A stretch of 64,000 nt of DNA from an uncultured Pseudomonadota bacterium (GCA_963847705.1 CAWKBC010000047.1:128001-192000), one strand, 5' to 3'. Positions 8,658 through 18,389 are shown, counted from the stretch's first letter. The notes: a model not told the origin generated them from the sequence alone. Program-made: numbers and translations.

Positions 8658-10063
8658 GCGTCGATTCTCCTCCGGTCGGCCGGGATCTCCACCACGGCGC
8701 TGGTTCCGCGCGGAAACCTGGGCGTGAGCGACAGGGTCCCCAGGTGACTCTTGACGATCTCGTTCGTGATTGCGAGACCGAGGCCCGTTCCTTCGCCGCT
8801 CGCCTTGGTCGTGAAGAACGGTTCCAGAACCCTCTCGGCATGTTCTTCCGAGATGCCAGAACCGTCGTCGACGACCGAGAAGCGGACCGCGCTGCCGTGC
8901 GCCTCGACGGAGAGGCGCACGTGTCCACCCGGGGCGCAGGCGTCGCAGGCGTTGAGAAGCAAGTTGACCAGCGCGCTCTCGATCAGGCGCGCATCACCGG
9001 TGATCGTCGGGAGGTCTTCGGAAACGTCGATCGCCAGCGGAATGCCTGCCTTGTCGAAACGGTGCTCCACGAGAGCTCGTGCTCCCTGCACCAGACCGAC
9101 GGCTGACAGATGGTCCGCCGTGACCCGATCGCCACGCGCCAATCCGAGGAGACCACGGATGACCTGACTGATCCGGTGCGTTTGATCCAGGATGGCCTGA
9201 ACGGCCGCATACCCGCGCTGGTCGTCGCGGACCTTTGGCAGGAGCTGCTCCGCCCGTCCAGCGATGACGCCCAGAGGTGTCGACACCTCGTGCGCGACGC
9301 CGATCGCCAGGGTTCCGAGCGAGGCGGCGCGGGTCGCCAATGCGAGCCGTTCGTCCTGTTCGTCGCGCAGGCTGGCGAGAGCCAGCTCCCGTTTGAGCTC
9401 CAGCTCCTTCCGTTGGTTTCGGAGAGCGACGACGCCGAAGACCAGCAATAGTCCCGTCGCCGTCAGCACACTGAGGATGGAGCGCGCTTGCGCCCAGCGA
9501 TCTCGGTCACGCTCGCGGAGCGCCGTGGCTGCGACCGCGATGGTCCAGCCGGCCAGTGGTCCCCGGGCGATCGTCGCCAAACCGACGAAAGCGGTCCGCG
9601 GCGGGAGGCCCAATTCACCCGCCTCCGGCCTCGAGAGATGGACAATTGCCTCTCCGCGCCGGGCAGCATCCACGATGCGGTCGGACGAAATCGAGCGCCC
9701 TTCGCTCGCTTCCAGGCGGGACCCGTCAGGCGGAAGCAGGAACAGCTTCAGCGCACCCTGCCTTTCGACGGCCGCCAGCTCGCGGGGAATGCGGCCGGCT
9801 GCCGCTTCCGGCAGGCCATCCGTCCGAAGGGCCAGAGCCGCCGCCATTCCGCGCGCAAGATTCACCTGCTCGTCCGCCAAATCGGCGAGCGCCGCGCGCG
9901 ACACGCGCACCGCATCCCAGTAGGCCAGGCCGCCCACGATTCCGATCGCGATCCCGACCGACCACAGGAGGCGCGACGTTCGAACCTGAGCGCCGTGGTC
10001 GCTCCCAGCGGTCTTCCCCGGATGAGTGGGCTCAGCTTTCGACCCGGATTCGCTCGCGTACAT
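8654..10063 (-). CDS. Membrane sensor histidine kinase
   Basis: Two TM segments, VAHEVSTPL H-box, NLLLNACDA, DDGSGI, FFTTK, GTGLGL; 4-bp overlap with regulator; ATG 10063 chosen from promoter position. Confidence 0.95.
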   Translation of the reverse strand: MYASESGSKAEPTHPGKTAGSDHGAQVRTSRLLWSVGIAIGIVGGLAYWDAVRVSRAALADLADEQVNLARGMAAALALRTDGLPEAAAGRIPRELAAVERQGALKLFLLPPDGSRLEASEGRSISSDRIVDAARRGEAIVHLSRPEAGELGLPPRTAFVGLATIARGPLAGWTIAVAATALRERDRDRWAQARSILSVLTATGLLLVFGVVALRNQRKELELKRELALASLRDEQDERLALATRAASLGTLAIGVAHEVSTPLGVIAGRAEQLLPKVRDDQRGYAAVQAILDQTHRISQVIRGLLGLARGDRVTADHLSAVGLVQGARALVEHRFDKAGIPLAIDVSEDLPTITGDARLIESALVNLLLNACDACAPGGHVRLSVEAHGSAVRFSVVDDGSGISEEHAERVLEPFFTTKASGEGTGLGLAITNEIVKSHLGTLSLTPRFPRGTSAVVEIPADRRRIDA

Positions 10064-10079
10064 ACTCGACTGCGAGCTT

Positions 10080-10095
10080 AGCAAGGTGTGGGCCG
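10080..10095 (-). promoter_or_regulatory. Sigma54 promoter for the kinase-regulator operon
   Basis: Minus strand CGGCCCACACCTTGCT: GG-N10-GC with TTGCT. Confidence 0.6.
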
Positions 10096-10137
10096 CGAAA
10101 CCGCCACGCAGAAGGCCGCCTTCATCTGATGGACAGC

Positions 10138-10170
10138 GGGACTATTTCCTCCTGCACCGGGAAAAATTCC
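10138..10170 (+). promoter_or_regulatory. Tandem enhancer (UAS) between divergent sigma54 promoters
   Basis: GGGACTATTTCC and GGGAAAAATTCC, 21-bp period. Confidence 0.7.
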
Positions 10171-10224
10171 GCCCGCTTTGCGGTGACCAGGGGTCCCAGC
10201 GCTCGCTGACGCGGGTCATCCCGT

Positions 10225-10240
10225 GGGCATGGGCGTTGCT
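10225..10240 (+). promoter_or_regulatory. Sigma54 promoter for the TolC-MFP-RND operon
   Basis: GGGCATGGGCGTTGCT: GG-N10-GC with TTGCT. Confidence 0.7.
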
Positions 10241-10255
10241 TAGGTCGTTCGGACG

Positions 10256-11707
10256 ATGCCGAGTCGGACGCGCGCAGGGGCGCTATTGGGAGCGCTCGGG
10301 TTATTCAGTTCGGGATTCGCCGTGGCCGCCGGCACCGCCTCGGTACCAGATTCCTCGCCCGCAGCGCCCACTGTCACAAATCTCGGAATACCCCAGGCGC
10401 GCTCAATCACGCTCATCGAAGCACTCGCATTTGCACGCAGCCACCAGCCAGCGGTGCTCGCGTCCCTCGCACGCATCCGAACCGAGAAGGCGAACGCCGA
10501 GGTGTCGCGCGCGCAGTACTACCCGCTTCTCGGCCTGACCGCTCAGTTCCTGGAAGGCAGCACGAACAACACGACGGCTTCCTATCTGACCGATCCAGTC
10601 GTCGATCTGCCGCGGATCGGGGGCACCCCTTCGACAACCGGCGACAGCGCGACCTGGAAGCCCTACGCATCGACGCTCGTGGCCGCGGGTCTCAGCCAGG
10701 AGATCTTCGACTTTGGCCGGATCGCGGCCGAGGCCGCGGCAGCCGATGCGCGCGTGACCGTCGCCGCGCACGCCGCCGACACCCAGCTCCTCGACATCGA
10801 ATTGAACGTCGAGGAGGCGTTCTTCGCGGTCCATGCAGCGAAGTCGATCCTCCAGGCCTCCGAGGAGGCCTATCAGCGATCGCTGGTCCACCGAAACTTT
10901 GCCAGCGCAGGGGTCAAGTCGGGCCTCCGCTCGCCCATCGAGCTGACGCGCGCCGAGGCCGACCTCAGCCGCTTCGACACCGGACGGATCCGCGCGCGCG
11001 GCGGTCTCGCGGTCGCTCGCACGGTTCTGGCCGCAGCGGTCGGCTCGTCGGAGCTGGCACTCGATGCGGCCGACGAGGCGCCCAAGGCCGCCGATCTGCC
11101 GACGCTCTCGAACGCCATTCAGCTCGCCTCGGAACGTGACCCGCGCTTGCAAGAGGCGCTGGCACGGCTGCACCAGCAAGAGCTCGCCACACGAGCGGTG
11201 AGTGCCCTGGCGCGGCCAGACATCCACCTCTCCGCCGCGATCTCAGGCCGGGCCGGCGGGGCCATGCCCAGCAACGGCGGCCAAGAGGCCTCGGGAAGCG
11301 GGTACCTCCCGAACGTGCCCAACTGGGACGGCGCGCTGGTTCTGAGCTGGCCGCTCTTCGATCCGATCATCAACGCCCGCCAGAGGGCTTCGCGCGTTGC
11401 CGAGGAGATCCAGCGGTCCGAGATCGATCTGGTTCGACAACAGGTCGTGGCCTCGGTCGAACAGGCCTACGTGGGCGTCTCCGTGGCGCGGGAGGCGCTC
11501 CCCTCGCTGCAACACGAGCTCGAAGCCGCGCAAGCGAACTACGCTCAGGCGGACGCCCGGTTCAAGGCCGGGCTCGGCACCAGCGTCGAGCTGGCCGACG
11601 CCGAGGCGCTGCGGGCCGACGCCGACATCCGGCTGGCTATCGGCGTCTTCGATCTGGCCAAGGCCCGCGCGGCCTTCGGGCGCGCCATCGCCGAAGGCAT
11701 CAGATGA
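10256..11707 (+). CDS. TolC-family outer membrane efflux protein
   Basis: Signal peptide, two OEP repeats (QEIFDFGR, SWPLFD, RFKAGLGT..EL.DA). Confidence 0.93.
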   Translation: MPSRTRAGALLGALGLFSSGFAVAAGTASVPDSSPAAPTVTNLGIPQARSITLIEALAFARSHQPAVLASLARIRTEKANAEVSRAQYYPLLGLTAQFLEGSTNNTTASYLTDPVVDLPRIGGTPSTTGDSATWKPYASTLVAAGLSQEIFDFGRIAAEAAAADARVTVAAHAADTQLLDIELNVEEAFFAVHAAKSILQASEEAYQRSLVHRNFASAGVKSGLRSPIELTRAEADLSRFDTGRIRARGGLAVARTVLAAAVGSSELALDAADEAPKAADLPTLSNAIQLASERDPRLQEALARLHQQELATRAVSALARPDIHLSAAISGRAGGAMPSNGGQEASGSGYLPNVPNWDGALVLSWPLFDPIINARQRASRVAEEIQRSEIDLVRQQVVASVEQAYVGVSVAREALPSLQHELEAAQANYAQADARFKAGLGTSVELADAEALRADADIRLAIGVFDLAKARAAFGRAIAEGIR

Positions 11708-12906
11708 CCGACCAGAGAGAATCAAGGAGCCCGGGAAGCGAACCTCACGGACGATCGAGGCTGCCGGTGGCGATTGGGGTCTCGGCAATCGCGATTGTCC
11801 TGGTGGGCGGTCTGATGGCGTGGCGTGCCGACGCGCGCACCAACAAGATCGCGCTCGCCGCCCGTCCGAAACCGGTGACGGCGGTCCGGGCCAAACGGGC
11901 GCTCTACCGTTCGACGCGCACCTATGTCGGTACGCTGCAGCCCTGGCTTCAGGCCAACGTCGGACCGCAGCTCGTCTCCGCCTACGTCGACACCGTGCTG
12001 GTGCGCCCCGGCGCGGTGGTCAAGAAGGGTGAAGTTCTCGCGACGCTCGACTGTCGCGAGGCCAGCGCCGCCACCAAAGCCGTCGCCGCCCGTGCGCGGG
12101 CGCTCGACGCCCGACAGCAAGCGGTCGAGCACGAGGCTGCCCGAACGCAGGGGCTCTTGAACGGGGGCTTCGTCTCCCCGAACGAAGCGGAACAGAAGAA
12201 CGCCCAGAGCGCGTCAGAGGCCGCGCAGGTCGACTCCGAGCGGGCCAACCTGGCTCGCAGCTCGCTCGACGTCAACGACTGCATCATGCGCGCGCCGTTC
12301 AACGGTGAGATCGCGCAACGGTTGATCGACCCGGGCGCCTTCGTCCGTCCGGGAACCACCATCGTGAGGGTGATCGATCGCGACACCGTCCGCATGACGG
12401 CTGACGCCCCGGAGATGGACTTCGACGTGGTTCCCGCGGGCACCAGGGTCGCGGTCCACGTCTACGCGACGAAGCGAGACCTCCCAGGCACGATCACCCG
12501 GCGCTCGCCGGCCGCCGATCCGTCGACCCGCACGGTGCACTTCGAGGTCGATCTGCCCGATCCGACCCGCGCCATTCCGGTGGGCACGACCGGCGAGGTT
12601 CGCATCGAGGTCGGTGCTCCAGTGCCCGCAACCGAGGTCCCGCTCTACGCCGCGACCGTGCGCGGGGACGAGGCGACCGTCTTCGTCGTCGACCACGGTG
12701 TGGCGCAAGCACGGACGGTGGCAGTGAAGGGCGAAGCGCAAGGCTCGCTGTTCTTGGATTCGGTGCTGGCGCCGGGGGCATTCGTCGTCACCGAGGGCCG
12801 GGCACTCCTGGTCAACGGCGACCGAGTCGACCTCAAAGAGGAGCCCAAGCTGGGACCGACGGTGACCACACGCCGACCGGCGGGAGCCGAACGAGAAGGC
12901 CGATGA
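11704..12906 (+). CDS. RND efflux periplasmic adaptor (MFP)
   Basis: N-terminal TM, VRPGAVVKKGEVLA lipoyl motif, RAPFNG, P.ADPSTRT. Confidence 0.93.
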   Translation: MTDQRESRSPGSEPHGRSRLPVAIGVSAIAIVLVGGLMAWRADARTNKIALAARPKPVTAVRAKRALYRSTRTYVGTLQPWLQANVGPQLVSAYVDTVLVRPGAVVKKGEVLATLDCREASAATKAVAARARALDARQQAVEHEAARTQGLLNGGFVSPNEAEQKNAQSASEAAQVDSERANLARSSLDVNDCIMRAPFNGEIAQRLIDPGAFVRPGTTIVRVIDRDTVRMTADAPEMDFDVVPAGTRVAVHVYATKRDLPGTITRRSPAADPSTRTVHFEVDLPDPTRAIPVGTTGEVRIEVGAPVPATEVPLYAATVRGDEATVFVVDHGVAQARTVAVKGEAQGSLFLDSVLAPGAFVVTEGRALLVNGDRVDLKEEPKLGPTVTTRRPAGAEREGR

Positions 12907-15900
12907 CCTCGCTGTCGCTCCGCAATCCGATCGCCATCCTCATGATCTGCGTCGGGCTCGTCGTGTTTGCGGCCGTGGTCACGCCGCGGATGAGCGTGGA
13001 CACCTTCCCCGAGCTGACCCCCCCCGTCCTCATCATCGGTACTCTGTGCCCCGGCCTCGGACCGAAGGACGTCGAGAAGACCATCAGCTGGCGTCTCGAG
13101 AAGTACGTGTCGGCGACACCGGGCGTCGATCACGTCGAGAGCGCCTCGCGGAACAGCCTTTCGATCATCTACGTCTGGCTGAAGTGGGGCACCGATCTCA
13201 ACGGCGCGCAGACGTTGGTGCAGCAGCAGGCCGCCTTCGCGATGGCGGCGGTTCCCAAATCGCTCGGCGTGCTGCCCCCCTTCGTCCTCCAGTACGATCC
13301 TTCGAACGCGCCGGTCATCCAGGTGGTCGTGTCGGGCGCCGGCTACACCGGCCCCCAGCTCTACGACTACGCGTTCAACAGCGTCGAGCCGCTGCTGGAA
13401 GGGATCGCCGGCGTCGCCAGCGCGGCGCCCGACGGAGGGCGGATGCGCCAGATCAACGTGGTCGTCGATCCTGTGCGCGCCCAGGCGCGGAACGTCACCA
13501 CGGCAGACGTCTCGGCCGCGGTCGCGAAGTCGAATGCGCTGCTCCCCTCGGGCGAGCTGATCTCGCCGAAGTTCGACGCCAACGTCTACACCAACGCCAT
13601 CCCGGCCCGGGTGAGGGACATTGGTGACGCGCCGGTGAAGATCGAGGGCGCGATCCCGGTCCTCATCCGGGACGTGGCGCAGGTCGATGACGGCGGAACT
13701 CCCCCCACGCAGTCCGTTTCGGTCAACGGCCGGGACGCTGTCTACCTCAACGTCCTTCGCGTTCCGGGGGGCAACACCTTGGAGATCGTGGACGCCGTCC
13801 GCAAGGTGGTGGCCAATCTCCACGATCTGCCGCCCGGGATGACGGTCAAGGCGTTCTTCGACCAGTCGACCTTCGTTCGTACGACCTACCACGGGCTCAA
13901 GAAGGAGATCGTTCAGGCGCTGGTTCTCATCGGGATCGTCATCCTGCTCTTCCTGCAGAGTGCCCGGGGAACGCTGATCGTGTCCGTCGCCATTCCGCTG
14001 TCATTCGCCATCACCCTGCTGGTCCTCTATGCGGCGGGGCAGACGCTGAATGCCTTCACGCTCGGGGGCCTGACGTTGGCGATGGGCCGGCTGGTCGACG
14101 ACGCGGTCGTCGTCCTGGAGTCGATCCACCGTCACCAGCGGATGGGCCTCGACAACCGCGAAGCCGCCCTGCGAGGCGCCAACGCTGTCGCGCTCCCGGT
14201 GTTGGCCTCCACGCTGACGACCATGGCGGTCCTCCTGCCCGTGCTGCTCCTGGCGGGGCTCGCCAAGAAGCTCTTTGCGCCGTTGGCGCTCACGGTGGCC
14301 GTCGCCATGATCGCCTCCTACTTCGTGAGCATGGCGGTGACGCCGGTCGCCTGTCGCTACTTTCTCGGACACGCCGAGCGCGGAGAGCTCGGCCGGCGGG
14401 TGGAGGGCCTGGTCGACCAGATCGCCACCGGCTACTCCCAGCTTTTGCGCCGTGTTCTCCCCTTCCGGCGAACCGTGCTCGCGTCCGCGGCGCTGCTCGT
14501 ATTGGGCAGCGTCTGGGCGGCCGCTCGCCTTCCAAGCACCTTCTTCCCCGAGATCGACGAGGGGATGGACATGATCTACGTCCGCTTCACGCCGGGCATC
14601 TCGCTCACCGACGCCGCTCAGCAGCTGAACGCGATGGGCGAAGCGCTCTCGCGCGAGCTGCCGAAAGGCAGCGTCCAGATGGTCATCGCCAACATCGGCA
14701 CGCCCCAAAACGCGCGCGCGGCCATCATCAGCCCGAACGTCGGGCCCCACACCGGCTTCCTGCGTTTGGCGTTTTCCGAGCCCGAGGAGCGCAGTCTGTC
14801 GCAGTCCGAGCTGGCGGTTCGGGCGCGCGCCATCCTCACCCGCGAATTTCCGGGCGTCGAAGCGCTGCAGTACCCCGGCGGGCTGGTCGCCAGCGTCTTC
14901 GCCAACGGGTACACCGCCCCCTTGGTTGTCGAGGTGCGCGGCGAGAAGCTCGAGGAGCTCGACGCCCGAGCCAAGGCGATCGCCGAGGTGGCGCGGACCG
15001 TCCCCGGCATCCGCGACGTCCGCTCGTCGCTGCAGATGGACTACCCCGAGATTCACGTCGACACCGATCGCGAGAAGGCCGGCCTGGTCGGCATCAATCT
15101 GCAGAGCGCGGCTCAGACGACGCTGGAGGCCACTCTCGGCAACATCAACACGCCGAGCGTCTGGATCGACCCGGACAACGGGCAGTCCTATTACGTGGTG
15201 ACCTCCTACGCCGGCGTCGACGACCTCCGGGCCCTCGCGCAACTGCCCGTCCGGGTGAGCAACACCGGCCAGCCGGTGATTCTGGGGGCCTATGGCCAAA
15301 TCAGGCGCGCGTTGGGACCGATCGCCGTCGAGCGCAACCAACTCGAACGCGCCGCGCACATCTTGATGCAGACGGAGGGGCGAGACATCGGCAGCGTTTC
15401 AAACGAGCTCGAGCGCGCTCTGCACGCCGATGCGCGTACGCGCGACATTCCTTTCGACTACGTCGGACAGGTGCAGCTCATGCGCACGACCTTTTCGGGA
15501 CTGGGCCTGGCGCTGGGGCTCGCCGTCATGGTCGTCTTCATGATCATGGCGTCGCAGTTCAAGTCGCTCCGGCTGCCGTTCGTCATGCTGTTCACCATTC
15601 CGGTCTCGCTGGTCGGGATCGTCCTGGCGCTGATGGCGGCCGGCCAGGGATTCTCCATCACGGCGCTGATGGGGATTCTGATGGTGATCGGAATCGCGGT
15701 CTCCAACGGAATTCTGCTGGTCGACGACGCCAACCGCCGGCTCGGCGAAGGGGTGGAGATGATCGACGCGATCGTGGCGGCCGCGCGCTCGCGGTTCGTC
15801 CCCATCGCGATGACCAGCCTGGCGACCGTGGTCGGGTTGATCCCCACCGCGCTCGGCCTCGATCGCGGCTCCGAGGCGAATCAGCCGCTGGCGCTTGCCG

Positions 15901-16034
15901 TCGTGGGCGGCCTCACCTCTTCGACGATTCTCTCGCTGTTCCTGGTCCCGGTGATGTTCCTGTTCTTCGCGCCCAGGCCGGTCGAGGAGAGCGAAGCCGC
16001 GCCCGGGGCACCACTCGTCGAGGCACACCCCTGA
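12903..16034 (+). CDS. RND efflux permease (AcrB/CusA superfamily)
   Basis: 1043 aa, GRLVDDAVVVLE, VSNGILLVD, R..PIAMTSLAT, PLALAVVGGL. Confidence 0.96.
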   Translation: MTSLSLRNPIAILMICVGLVVFAAVVTPRMSVDTFPELTPPVLIIGTLCPGLGPKDVEKTISWRLEKYVSATPGVDHVESASRNSLSIIYVWLKWGTDLNGAQTLVQQQAAFAMAAVPKSLGVLPPFVLQYDPSNAPVIQVVVSGAGYTGPQLYDYAFNSVEPLLEGIAGVASAAPDGGRMRQINVVVDPVRAQARNVTTADVSAAVAKSNALLPSGELISPKFDANVYTNAIPARVRDIGDAPVKIEGAIPVLIRDVAQVDDGGTPPTQSVSVNGRDAVYLNVLRVPGGNTLEIVDAVRKVVANLHDLPPGMTVKAFFDQSTFVRTTYHGLKKEIVQALVLIGIVILLFLQSARGTLIVSVAIPLSFAITLLVLYAAGQTLNAFTLGGLTLAMGRLVDDAVVVLESIHRHQRMGLDNREAALRGANAVALPVLASTLTTMAVLLPVLLLAGLAKKLFAPLALTVAVAMIASYFVSMAVTPVACRYFLGHAERGELGRRVEGLVDQIATGYSQLLRRVLPFRRTVLASAALLVLGSVWAAARLPSTFFPEIDEGMDMIYVRFTPGISLTDAAQQLNAMGEALSRELPKGSVQMVIANIGTPQNARAAIISPNVGPHTGFLRLAFSEPEERSLSQSELAVRARAILTREFPGVEALQYPGGLVASVFANGYTAPLVVEVRGEKLEELDARAKAIAEVARTVPGIRDVRSSLQMDYPEIHVDTDREKAGLVGINLQSAAQTTLEATLGNINTPSVWIDPDNGQSYYVVTSYAGVDDLRALAQLPVRVSNTGQPVILGAYGQIRRALGPIAVERNQLERAAHILMQTEGRDIGSVSNELERALHADARTRDIPFDYVGQVQLMRTTFSGLGLALGLAVMVVFMIMASQFKSLRLPFVMLFTIPVSLVGIVLALMAAGQGFSITALMGILMVIGIAVSNGILLVDDANRRLGEGVEMIDAIVAAARSRFVPIAMTSLATVVGLIPTALGLDRGSEANQPLALAVVGGLTSSTILSLFLVPVMFLFFAPRPVEESEAAPGAPLVEAHP

Positions 16035-16101
16035 GACGGACGCGGATCCACCGCGGCCAGTCGGCCGAGGCGGATCCGCTCGATCTCGGACAGACCAGAG
16101 A

Positions 16102-16419
16102 TCAGGCGCCGGCAGCACCCCCGGCGCCGCCCGCAGCGCCGCCCCCCGCTCCTGCGACGCCCGCGCCGCCGCCACCACCCGCACCAGCGCCGCCCGCACC
16201 GGCCGAACCGCCGCCGGCACCGGCCACACCACCGCCAGCGCCGGCATGACCTCCACCGGCTCCAGCCGTTCCTGCGCTGGCGCCTCCGGCTCCGCCCGCC
16301 GCAGGCGTGATCTTGCCGTCGGAGTTGACGTCGCTGCTGCACCCCATCGTCCCGAGGCAAACTGTGACTGACCCAGCCAGAAAAGCGCCGGCGAGAACGT
16401 TTCGGAGGATCCTTGGCAT
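16102..16419 (-). CDS. Small Gly/Ala-rich lipoprotein
   Basis: AAAGGA RBS, ATG 16419, lipobox TMGC, then ~65 aa of almost pure AGG repeats. Confidence 0.65.
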   Translation of the reverse strand: MPRILRNVLAGAFLAGSVTVCLGTMGCSSDVNSDGKITPAAGGAGGASAGTAGAGGGHAGAGGGVAGAGGGSAGAGGAGAGGGGGAGVAGAGGGAAGGAGGAAGA

Positions 16420-16476
16420 TGGCTGTCCTTTTCGTTGACGAGGTCGGTAACTGAACGTGTTCATGTGAAGCACAGG

Positions 16477-18072
16477 CTAGAAGATGTAGAACGCCGAGAA
16501 TTGCACGCGGCTGTTCTTCCCGGTCGAGCCATCCAGGAAGTTCTGGTGGAAGTAGGCGTACTCCAGGCCGAAGCGAACGGCGGAGTTCGCCTCGACGAAC
16601 AGGTTGCCGTCGACGAAGTCGGACTTGTTGAACATCTTGGTGGCGTTCGCCGAGGTCTCGAGCGCCTTGATGTCGCTCGAGTACATGTGCGAGTAGTTGG
16701 CCGCGAGCCACATACGGTTCGGCGTCGGCAGGTAGTACTGCAGCCCGACGAGCACCGATTCCCAGCGGATGGCGTGCAGCACGCCGTCGGCGGTGAAGGC
16801 CACCAGTCCGTTGTCGACGTCCTGCGGATAGGTCGGCACCACGCCCATGGCGTTCGCCGGCGGGCTCGCGAAGGCGGCTCCGCCATTGAGGCCGGTGTAG
16901 AGATCGGCGATCGCCTGACCGTAGACGAACGAGCCGGTCAGCGTCAGCGCGTTGTCCGGGTGGTTGACGTCGGTGGCCGGGATGACCGGGATGAGCGCGT
17001 CGACCGAGTAGCCGTAGCCGTTGATGGTGATCGCCTTGGTGGGCGCACCCGACAGGTTCGGGATCTTGAAATAGCGGCCCACCGTCGAGAAGCCGATCGA
17101 CATCCCGTCCACGGCGCTGCCCGCGGCACCGGCGGTGTGCATGCCCTTCCAGTTGTTGATCGCCAACCGAATGCCGGCCTGGCCGTCGGGCACCTCGGAG
17201 TCACGCTGCGGCGGGCGGGAGGCGGCGCCGGCGAGCTCGACGTTCACGGCGTCGCTCTTGAAGACGTGCGAGAGGCGGAACTGCGGCGAACGCGAATAGA
17301 TCTGCCCGGGGATGCCCTGCATCTCGACGGTATTGGGGTGAAACAGCGACTGAAACCCGAACAGCTGCCAGTACTGGCCGGCCAGGAAGTCGATGTAGGG
17401 CGTCTCCATCTTCAGCGCATAATGGCGCATGCGGAACGTCGGGCTGGTGTAGAACGACGCCTCGGAAACGGCAGGCGTGCCGACCGGGTTCGGGGACGAC
17501 AGCGGCTGATTGCCGAGGAAGTCGCACTCGAAGATGCCGGAGGTCTTGATCGTGTCCGTCTCCGGTCCCTTGAGCTTGACCCCGAAGCGCGAGTTGCGCG
17601 CGCTGAAGGTGGTGCGCCCGTTCTCGGCGCCGTACACCGGCGTCGGGTTCGGCGTGGCCGTGGTCGGAGCCGGCGTGTGCGTGATGGCGGCGTTGCCGGC
17701 CAGATCGTTGAAGGTCTGGGTCGAGTCGTAGATCCCGTCGGCCTCGACGAAGCCATAGACCGTCGCGGAGAACTTGCTCATCACGTTCACCAGCGGCGAC
17801 GAGGTCGGAGGCGTGTGCGCCAGTGGCGTGAGCGTGATCGGGGCCGAAGGTGCCGCCGGCGGTGGCGGCGGCGGTGGCGGCGGTTCGGGAGCGATCATGA
17901 CTGACGGTGGCGGCGGCGGGGGCGGCGGTGCGTCGGCGGCCGGCGGTGGCGGCGGCGCCGGCGCCGCCTCGGGAGCCGGCGCGGGCGTGGCCGGCGTTTG
18001 AGCGACCGCGATCCGACCGATGCAGGAAATCGCGAGCGCGACCACGCTGTTTCTCAAGGGGCCTGATTTCAT
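16477..18072 (-). CDS. Outer-membrane beta-barrel porin (DcaP-like) with Pro-rich N-terminus
   Basis: Signal peptide, poly-Pro linker, VYGFVEADGIYD, ARNSRFG, ECDF, FRMRHYA, LAGQYW, C-terminal FSAFYIF. Confidence 0.8.
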   Translation of the reverse strand: MKSGPLRNSVVALAISCIGRIAVAQTPATPAPAPEAAPAPPPPPAADAPPPPPPPPSVMIAPEPPPPPPPPPAAPSAPITLTPLAHTPPTSSPLVNVMSKFSATVYGFVEADGIYDSTQTFNDLAGNAAITHTPAPTTATPNPTPVYGAENGRTTFSARNSRFGVKLKGPETDTIKTSGIFECDFLGNQPLSSPNPVGTPAVSEASFYTSPTFRMRHYALKMETPYIDFLAGQYWQLFGFQSLFHPNTVEMQGIPGQIYSRSPQFRLSHVFKSDAVNVELAGAASRPPQRDSEVPDGQAGIRLAINNWKGMHTAGAAGSAVDGMSIGFSTVGRYFKIPNLSGAPTKAITINGYGYSVDALIPVIPATDVNHPDNALTLTGSFVYGQAIADLYTGLNGGAAFASPPANAMGVVPTYPQDVDNGLVAFTADGVLHAIRWESVLVGLQYYLPTPNRMWLAANYSHMYSSDIKALETSANATKMFNKSDFVDGNLFVEANSAVRFGLEYAYFHQNFLDGSTGKNSRVQFSAFYIF

Positions 18073-18152
18073 TTTTCTCTGTCTCCTCTGGGATTGGTTT
18101 TCCGCGTGGCGGACCGTACCGGAGGACATTCACTGACATCCATAACAACCCC

Positions 18153-18181
18153 GTTAAGGTCTTGTGTCATTTAGGTGACAT
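18153..18181 (-). promoter_or_regulatory. Candidate transcription-factor site (Pho-box-like 11-bp repeats and/or TGTCA-N6-TGACA palindrome)
   Basis: Minus strand ATGTCAC-CTAA-ATGACAC-AAGA-CCTTAAC about 80 bp upstream of the porin start. Confidence 0.5.
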
Positions 18182-18389
18182 CGTCCCCGCTCGCGCAGCT
18201 GTGGACTTGCTGGGACGCCTGCTGGTCGCATGGCGCCGGCGCCGAAAGGCCCGCGCGGCGGGTGGAGCCCGGAGCTGGCGAGTGCCGGGCCGCCCGGGGC
18301 GTTGACCGGTTCGCGCAGCCGGGACGCGCGTGATCGTGCCGGGCGGCTGCTGGGGAGGCCGCCCCCAGCGACAGGTGAGAAGGCGAGCC

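Noticed and set aside
5856-18072. kdpFABC operon, which I recall near similar two-component/porin/RND modules
   Set aside because: No KdpA/B/C-like ORF in this window; the association is only from memory
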